Virus record (IMG/VR): IMGVR_UViG_3300033273_000282
Coordinates: 128,001-192,000 of that record
DNA length: 64,000 nucleotides
Direction: 5' to 3' (one strand)
Source of the DNA: a virus
Lineage: Duplodnaviria > Caudoviricetes
Part shown: piece after piece, positions 58,299 through 64,000 of the stretch
How the letters are laid out: the number at the start of each line of letters is the position of its first letter
How positions within the stretch are numbered: the first letter of the stretch is position 1
Notes under the pieces: model-generated
Seen by the model: the letters and a program-made list of their open reading frames with translations, nothing else
Database searches by the model: none
Told to the model about the DNA's origin: nothing
Made by a program: the position numbers and the translations under genes

Positions 58299-59927
58299 AT
58301 GGCAGAGCTTTTTGGTTTTTCATTCAAGAAGAGGGAGCAGGCTAAGCGTAGCGCACCTTCTCCCATTGCCCCTTCATCAGAAGACGGAGCCACTAGCTTT
58401 ATCGCAGGCGGTTACTATGGTCAGTACGTAGATCTTGACGGCAACTTCAAGACTGAGTATGACATGGTTACTAAGTATCGCCAGATGGCGATGCACCCTG
58501 AGGTAGACTCTGCCATTGAGGACATTCTACAGGAAGCTATCGTTACAGATTTGAACGATACTCCTGTTCAAATCAATCTTGACAACTTGGATGTATCCGA
58601 GAGTGTCAAGACTATGATGCGTAATGAATTCGATTACGTAAAAACTCTTCTAGGTTTTGATACGAAAGCCCATGAGATGTTCCGTAGATGGTACATCGAT
58701 GGGCGTTTGTATTATCATAAGGTAATTGATTTGAACAAGCCTCAGGATGGTATCCTGGAGCTGCGCTACATTGATCCCCAAAAGATCAAAAAGGTTCGTC
58801 AGATTCAGAAGAATCCGAAGAACACTGAAGAGTTCATGACGTTGGACTTCGGTAAGATCGACGAATACTTCATCTACAATCCAAAAGGTCTTAACAATAC
58901 CTCTGCGAATTCTGGTATCAAGATTGCTAAAGACGCTATCGCGTATGTAACGTCTGGCATCATGGATACCAATAGAAATATCGTATTGTCTTATCTCCAT
59001 AAGGCAGTGAAGGTACTCAATCAACTTCAAATGATTGAGGACTCTTTGGTTATCTACCGTATCTCACGCGCACCCGAGCGTAGAATTTTCTACATCGATG
59101 TGGGCAACCTACCTAAGGTCAAGGCGGAACAGTACCTTAGGGAAGTGATGGGTCGCTATCGCAACAAGCTTGTGTACGATGCCAACACAGGTGAGATTCG
59201 TGACGATAGAAAATACATGTCCATGTTGGAAGACTTCTGGCTTCCAAGACGCGAGGGAGGGCGCGGGACAGAAATTACCACTCTTCCTGGCGGGCAAAAC
59301 CTCGGAGAACTGACTGACATTCAGTATTTCCAAACTAAACTCTACAAGGCTCTTAACGTTCCTGCTGGTAGACTCGATTCCAATACCAGTTTCAATCTTG
59401 GCAGATCCTCTGAGATCATGCGCGATGAACTCAAGTTCACCAAGTTTGTAGGAAGGCTGCGTAAGAAGTTTAGCGAACTGTTTCAAGACGTTCTTAAGAC
59501 TCAACTGATCCTCAAGGGTGTTATCACTCCTGAAGATTGGGAGGACATGAAGGAGCATGTACAGTATGACTACTTATATGACAATCACTTCACAGAACTT
59601 AAGAATATTGAAATGTTAAATGAGAAGCTGAGCGTCATTGCTCAGATGGAGCCCTACATGGGTCGCTACTTCTCTACGGAATATGTTCGTACTGAGATCC
59701 TCAAACAGACTGAGCCTCAGATGAGAGAACTTGATGCTCAAATGGCTGACGACATTAGTCAGGGTCGTATCATCGATCCTCTCGATCAAGTCGCCATGGA
59801 TACTCAAGCGATGGAAGACGAACAGCAGAACGCGGAACTTGATCAGGAGATGAAAAAGGCTCAGATCCAACAGGCAAAGAATCCACCTAAACCTGCCGCA
59901 AGTTCAAATTCCAAAACAAATAAATAA
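58299..59927 (+). CDS. gp20: Portal protein gp20
   Basis: YRISRAPERRIFYIDVGNLPKVKAEQYL, MLEDFWLPRREGGRGTEITTLPGGQNLG. Confidence 0.98.
   Translation: MAELFGFSFKKREQAKRSAPSPIAPSSEDGATSFIAGGYYGQYVDLDGNFKTEYDMVTKYRQMAMHPEVDSAIEDILQEAIVTDLNDTPVQINLDNLDVSESVKTMMRNEFDYVKTLLGFDTKAHEMFRRWYIDGRLYYHKVIDLNKPQDGILELRYIDPQKIKKVRQIQKNPKNTEEFMTLDFGKIDEYFIYNPKGLNNTSANSGIKIAKDAIAYVTSGIMDTNRNIVLSYLHKAVKVLNQLQMIEDSLVIYRISRAPERRIFYIDVGNLPKVKAEQYLREVMGRYRNKLVYDANTGEIRDDRKYMSMLEDFWLPRREGGRGTEITTLPGGQNLGELTDIQYFQTKLYKALNVPAGRLDSNTSFNLGRSSEIMRDELKFTKFVGRLRKKFSELFQDVLKTQLILKGVITPEDWEDMKEHVQYDYLYDNHFTELKNIEMLNEKLSVIAQMEPYMGRYFSTEYVRTEILKQTEPQMRELDAQMADDISQGRIIDPLDQVAMDTQAMEDEQQNAELDQEMKKAQIQQAKNPPKPAASSNSKTNK
59920..59926 (+). 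promoter_or_regulatory. Late promoter-like ATAAATA
   Basis: At the gp20 stop, upstream of the ORF at 59947. Confidence 0.55.
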
Positions 59928-59946
59928 AATATAGTCAAGATTTATT

Positions 59947-60213
59947 ATGTCTACACAAGAACGAGATATCGTTGATTTGCTCTGGGACAATGACCAAGCG
60001 GACGCTCTGGTAAAACTGAAGGACATGCTGAGTGTGAAAGCTGCTATGGCAGTAGACGCATCTAAGCAAGATGTGGCAACAGCAATGTTCCCACATGTTC
60101 CCGAAGAAGGAGATGTAGAGCCCGACAGGGAAGAGATCGAAAACCCAGAAGCTACCGCTGAAACTGAAGAACCCGAAGTAGAAAACGATGAAACTGATCA
60201 CGGAACAGATTGA
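59947..60213 (+). CDS. Small acidic prohead core-like protein (g67/g68 position)
   Basis: Lies between gp20 and gp21; helical N-terminal half with an acidic tail. Confidence 0.6.
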   Translation: MSTQERDIVDLLWDNDQADALVKLKDMLSVKAAMAVDASKQDVATAMFPHVPEEGDVEPDREEIENPEATAETEEPEVENDETDHGTD

Positions 60214-60835
60214 AGACCTTGAGATTCTTACCGAAGAAACCGACGGTAAGAAGAATACCTATATCAAGGGAATCTTTCTTCAAACGGAAATCACTAACCG
60301 CAACGGTCGTATGTACAAGTACGACACGCTTCAGCGTGAGGTGAATAAGTACAACGAAGAGTTTATCAAGCGTGGTCGCGCTCTTGGTGAGTTGGGACAT
60401 CCCGATGGTCCAACTATCAATCTTGACAGAGTAAGCCACAAGATTGTGGAACTTATCCCTGAAGGTACTAACTTCATTGGTAAGGCTAAGTTACTCGATA
60501 CACCTATGGGTAAAATTGCCCAGTCCCTCCTGGACGAAGGTGTACAACTGGGAGTCTCTTCTAGAGGTCTCGGTTCAATCAAGCGTGAAGGAACAGTCAA
60601 CGTTGTTGCTGATGACTTCATTCTTGCGACTGCTGCGGATATCGTAGCAGATCCTTCCGCCCCAGATGCTTTCGTCGAAGGCATTTATGAGGGACGTGAG
60701 TGGGTTTATGCTGAAGGTAGATTCAGAGAATCTTCCATGGAAGATGTTAAGCGTAAGCTTGACAACGCACCAAACCCCTTAGAACTTCAAGAAGCGAAGA
60801 TCGCCGCGTTCTCCGCGTTCTTAAGAAGTCTCTAA
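60188..60835 (+). CDS. gp21: Prohead protease gp21
   Basis: MKLITE, YI.GIFLQ...NRNGR.Y, ALGELGHP, GVSSRG.GS, DIVADPSAPDAFV.GI.E. Confidence 0.97.
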   Translation: MKLITEQIEDLEILTEETDGKKNTYIKGIFLQTEITNRNGRMYKYDTLQREVNKYNEEFIKRGRALGELGHPDGPTINLDRVSHKIVELIPEGTNFIGKAKLLDTPMGKIAQSLLDEGVQLGVSSRGLGSIKREGTVNVVADDFILATAADIVADPSAPDAFVEGIYEGREWVYAEGRFRESSMEDVKRKLDNAPNPLELQEAKIAAFSAFLRSL

Positions 60836-60837
60836 TT

Positions 60838-60845
60838 TATAAATA
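60838..60845 (+). promoter_or_regulatory. T4 late promoter TATAAATA
   Basis: Exact consensus between gp21 and gp22. Confidence 0.8.
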
Positions 60846-60889
60846 AACATATAGCAAATTACCGCAGTCTTTATTCGTAGGAGCAAACA

Positions 60890-61981
60890 ATGTCCACAAT
60901 CGATGAAAAATTCGAGAAACTCATCGCGGAGAAGAAAGCTCAGACCACCGCTGAAGCGGTAGTCGAAGAGGTTGAAACCGTTGATGAAGTTTCCGAGGAA
61001 GCCGCTACTGGTGATAGCGCAATCAAGAAAGGTGCTGTCCCCCAACAGAAATCCGATCTGAAAAATGATGGGAAAGAAGTTGCCAAGAATAGCAAAGAGA
61101 AACCAGAAGGTACTGAAAACCCTGGTGCGAAGGCTGCTGCTCCTGTAACTGCTACTAAAGACTCCACCCTGAAGACCCACCCTAGCGCAGCTTCTAGCGC
61201 TATGCCTGGTGCTCTGTCTGCGAAGATCTTCGACTCTGTTGAGACCGAGGGTGAGGTAGTTAGCGAAGAAGAGATCAGCGAGGACATTGCCGCCATTCTG
61301 GCTGGTGCTGATCTTTCCGAAGAATTCCAAGATAAAGCAAAGACTGTCTTTGAAGCCGCTGTTAGCGCAAAGGTTTCTGAGCAAGTAGTTGCTATTAAGG
61401 AATCGACCGAAGCGAAGATTGCTGAAGAGATTGAAGCAATCAAAGAAGATTTCGCTGGTCGTGTTGAGAACTTCCTGAACTACGCTTGTGACGAGTGGAT
61501 GTCGGAGAATGAACTTGCTATTGAGCAAGGTCTCCGTGCCGAAATCACAGAAGGGTTCATGGATGGACTCCGCAAACTGTTTATCGAAAGCAACATCAAC
61601 GTTCCTACCGAGAAGCTGGATCTGGTTGCTGAGATGAGCGAAAAGCTTGATGAGATGGAGACCCGACTGAATGAACAAGTCGAGCGCAACGTCGAACTTC
61701 ACGAGAGTGTAAGTAAGTATCGTAAAAATGAGATTTTGAATGAACTGACCCGTGGTCTCGCTGAGACCCAAAAGGATAAGTTCTCTTCCCTCGCAGAAGC
61801 AGTTGAGTTCCGTACTGAAGAGTCGTATCGTGAGAAGCTGGTTCAGATTAAAGAGTCCTACTTCGGTGCTCCCAAAGTGGAAGCCGTAGAAGAGATTGTT
61901 CCTGAAGAATCTGCTGCCCCTACAGAAGCAATTAGTGAAAGCATGAGCGCATACGTTGCTGCTCTCGCTAAGCGTCTGTGA
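60890..61981 (+). CDS. gp22: Prohead core/scaffold protein gp22
   Basis: LSEEF..KA.TVFEAAV, YL.Y..DEWM.EN.LAIE.G...E, M.AYV.AL. Confidence 0.95.
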   Translation: MSTIDEKFEKLIAEKKAQTTAEAVVEEVETVDEVSEEAATGDSAIKKGAVPQQKSDLKNDGKEVAKNSKEKPEGTENPGAKAAAPVTATKDSTLKTHPSAASSAMPGALSAKIFDSVETEGEVVSEEEISEDIAAILAGADLSEEFQDKAKTVFEAAVSAKVSEQVVAIKESTEAKIAEEIEAIKEDFAGRVENFLNYACDEWMSENELAIEQGLRAEITEGFMDGLRKLFIESNINVPTEKLDLVAEMSEKLDEMETRLNEQVERNVELHESVSKYRKNEILNELTRGLAETQKDKFSSLAEAVEFRTEESYREKLVQIKESYFGAPKVEAVEEIVPEESAAPTEAISESMSAYVAALAKRL

Positions 61982-62019
61982 CCACACTGTTAACCCAATT
62001 CTAAACTCCCGAGATTCCC

Positions 62020-63387
62020 ATGTTTAACACCGAATCTCTCCAAGAGAAGTGGGCTCCAGTCCTTAGTCATGATGGTCTTCCTGAAATCAAGGATAACTAT
62101 CGTAAGGCTGTAACCGCACAACTCCTGGAGAACCAAGAGCGCTTCATGCGCGAAGAGCGTGCCATCCTTACCGAGGCACCTACTAACGTTGGTCCTATCA
62201 ACACCCCCACCACTGGTGCTGGTGCTGTCGCAGGTTTCGATCCCATTCTGATCAGCCTGATCCGCCGCGCAATGCCTAAGCTGATTGCTTATGACATCGC
62301 TGGCGTTCAGCCTATGAATGGTCCTACTGGTCTGATTTTCGCAATGCGTTCGCGCTATGTGAACCAGACAGGTAATGAAGCATTCTTCAATGAGCCCGAC
62401 GCTCAGTTCTCTGGTACCGATGGTGCTACACCTCCTACCGCTACCACCGAGAACAACCCTGCGCTCATCAACGACGCAACTGGCGGCGGTACCACCGAGA
62501 CCAACTATGATCTCGCATCCTCCAAGTTCTCCACCTCTGAGATGGAAGCTCTGGGTGATAGCGCTTCGACTGCCTTCATGGAGATGGCATTCAGCATCGA
62601 TCGTATTGCCGTTGAGGCAAAAGGTCGTGCTCTGAGAGCCGATTACTCCGTTGAACTGGCTCAAGACCTCAAGGCTATTCATGGTCTTGACGCTGAGTCG
62701 GAGCTGGCAAACATCCTCTCCACCGAGATCCTGGCTGAAATCAACCGTGAGGTTGTCCGTACCGTTTATCGTGGTGCTAAGCCTGGTGCTCAAGTCAACA
62801 CCGCTAACGCTGGTGTATTTGACCTGGATGTTGACAGCAACGGTCGTTGGTCTGTTGAGAAATTCAAAGGTCTGCTGTTCCAAATCGAGCGCGATGCTAA
62901 CGCTATCGCCCTGGAAACTCGTCGCGGAAAGGGCAACGTTCTGATCTGCTCCTCTGACGTTGCTTCTGCTCTCGCTATGGCGGGTGTTCTGGACTACAGC
63001 AGCGGCATCAACCAAGCCGTTGGTGGTCTGGGCGAAATCGACGACACTGGTAACACCTATGTCGGTACCCTGAACGGTCGTATCAAGGTCTACATCGATC
63101 CTTATTCGGCTAACGTTTCCGCTGACCAATACTACGTCATCGGTTACAAGGGTAGCAACGCCTATGATGCTGGTCTGTTCTATTGCCCATACGTACCTCT
63201 CCAGATGTACAGAGCAATCGGTCAGGATACCTTCCAGCCCCGCATTGGCTTCAAGACCCGCTACGGCATGGTCCTGAACCCATTTGCTAAGGGTCTGACC
63301 GCACTGAGCGATTCCGATCCTCAGGCTGCTGGTAACCTGAATGCGAACGCCTACTATCGTCGCGTACGTATCAAGAACCTTATGTGA
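62020..63387 (+). CDS. gp23: Major capsid protein gp23
   Basis: L.EKWAPVL, FDPILISLIRRAMP, GVQPM.GPTGLIFAMR, ELAQDLKAIHGLDA, TFQPRIGFKTRYG. Confidence 0.99.
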   Translation: MFNTESLQEKWAPVLSHDGLPEIKDNYRKAVTAQLLENQERFMREERAILTEAPTNVGPINTPTTGAGAVAGFDPILISLIRRAMPKLIAYDIAGVQPMNGPTGLIFAMRSRYVNQTGNEAFFNEPDAQFSGTDGATPPTATTENNPALINDATGGGTTETNYDLASSKFSTSEMEALGDSASTAFMEMAFSIDRIAVEAKGRALRADYSVELAQDLKAIHGLDAESELANILSTEILAEINREVVRTVYRGAKPGAQVNTANAGVFDLDVDSNGRWSVEKFKGLLFQIERDANAIALETRRGKGNVLICSSDVASALAMAGVLDYSSGINQAVGGLGEIDDTGNTYVGTLNGRIKVYIDPYSANVSADQYYVIGYKGSNAYDAGLFYCPYVPLQMYRAIGQDTFQPRIGFKTRYGMVLNPFAKGLTALSDSDPQAAGNLNANAYYRRVRIKNLM

Positions 63388-63409
63388 TCCATTCGCAAAG
63401 GAAGTAAGG

Positions 63410-63436
63410 GAGGGACCTTCGGGTCCCTCTTTTTTT
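63410..63436 (+). terminator. Rho-independent terminator with cUUCGg tetraloop
   Basis: Stem gagggacc (63410-17), loop ttcg, stem ggtccctc (63422-29), then a T7 tract directly after gp23. Confidence 0.92.
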
Positions 63437-63438
63437 AG

Positions 63439-63445
63439 CTAAATA
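63439..63445 (+). promoter_or_regulatory. Late promoter-like CTAAATA
   Basis: Immediately after the terminator, upstream of the ORF at 63466. Confidence 0.6.
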
Positions 63446-63465
63446 TAACAGCACGTATTTTTATT

Positions 63466-63633
63466 ATGCCTAGAGGAACTATGTCCAAGGTTGATATCTA
63501 TGCTCGTGTCATCAAACTAAAGAACCAGTTGAGTCAGAATGAGTATGGTACTCAGTGGACTCACGATGAAAAGATGGCTGCCCACGGAGCTCTGAACACA
63601 GTGCTTGACATGATTAACGAGTACAGTCAATGA
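63466..63633 (+). CDS. Small hypothetical protein (55 aa; below the ORF-track cutoff)
   Basis: Manual translation MPRGTMSKVDIYARVIKLKNQL...ALNTVLDMINEYSQ; ATGA overlap with gp3. Confidence 0.7.
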   Translation: MPRGTMSKVDIYARVIKLKNQLSQNEYGTQWTHDEKMAAHGALNTVLDMINEYSQ

Positions 63634-64000
63634 GCAAAAAGCGCCTATTCAGTCCTGACAATAAGAACTTTCTTGCTCCAGTTGGATTTAAGTTTATCTT
63701 GGACCGAGCCAAGAATGTAGAATACTTCTGTCAGTCCGTAAATATCCCTGACATCAATATCAACACTAGAGTGTTTGATACCAGGGTGAAGCAGTATGAG
63801 GTACCAGGCGACAAACTCCAGTATGGAGATCTCCAGTTGACCTTCATGATCAATGAGGATCTAGACAACTACTATGAGATCTACAACTGGCTCAAAGGTC
63901 TTACTAACCCAGAGCATGAGAGGCAGTGGTACGAATACATAGAGTCTATTGAAGAAGAAGGTAGAAGCACTGCCTTCCAAAAAATTACCACAGATGCTAG
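63630..64000 (+). CDS. gp3: Tail completion protein gp3 (3' partial)
   Basis: Manual translation NKNFLAPVGFKF...VEYFCQSVNIP...PGDKL.YGDL.LTF.I.EDL.NY.EIYNWL; runs off the window. Confidence 0.9.
   Translation, partial: MSKKRLFSPDNKNFLAPVGFKFILDRAKNVEYFCQSVNIPDININTRVFDTRVKQYEVPGDKLQYGDLQLTFMINEDLDNYYEIYNWLKGLTNPEHERQWYEYIESIEEEGRSTAFQKITTDA

Noticed and set aside
53904-63387. Introns, inteins or homing endonucleases in gp17, gp20 or gp23
   Set aside because: All three are uninterrupted and of normal length, with no Cys...His-Asn intein pattern or LAGLIDADG/GIY-YIG/HNH ORF seen.
1-64000. tRNA, rRNA or CRISPR arrays
   Set aside because: Intergenic gaps are mostly under 60 nt, and no cloverleaf or regularly spaced repeat-spacer pattern was seen by eye.

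Overview
This window is the virion-structure region of a T4-like myovirus. Gene order and the gp8/gp13-gp23 sequences point to a marine cyanophage of the S-PM2/P-SSM2/Syn9 type; that host assignment is an inference. Almost all genes lie on the + strand. The order is: gp8 (5' partial), a VrlC/DUF4815-like 2226-aa protein, small virion proteins, two giant paralogous fibre-like proteins (2392 and 3633 aa), three tandem ~250-aa glycine-rich paralogs and a fibre-assembly-like gene. An enzyme island follows, with two flavin-dependent halogenases and six Fe(II)/2OG or JmjC oxygenases. After it come a 1713-aa subtilisin-Ig protein, gp13-gp16, a variable g16-g17 insert carrying a 1050-aa fibre, gp17-gp23, a terminator and gp3 (3' partial). 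T4-type late promoter motifs (TATAAATA/NTAAATA) precede most blocks. The most striking signal is four phycobiliprotein-like (globin-fold) domains inside the 3633-aa protein. They keep Cys at both the Cys84-like and Cys155-like positions and appear nested inside one another. Other leads are a type-1 copper motif in a fibre, three gp38-like adhesin paralogs, a late-expressed halogenase/oxygenase cluster and a protease-Ig protein at the fibritin locus. All family calls were made by eye from motifs; no searches were run, and reference sequences are quoted from memory.
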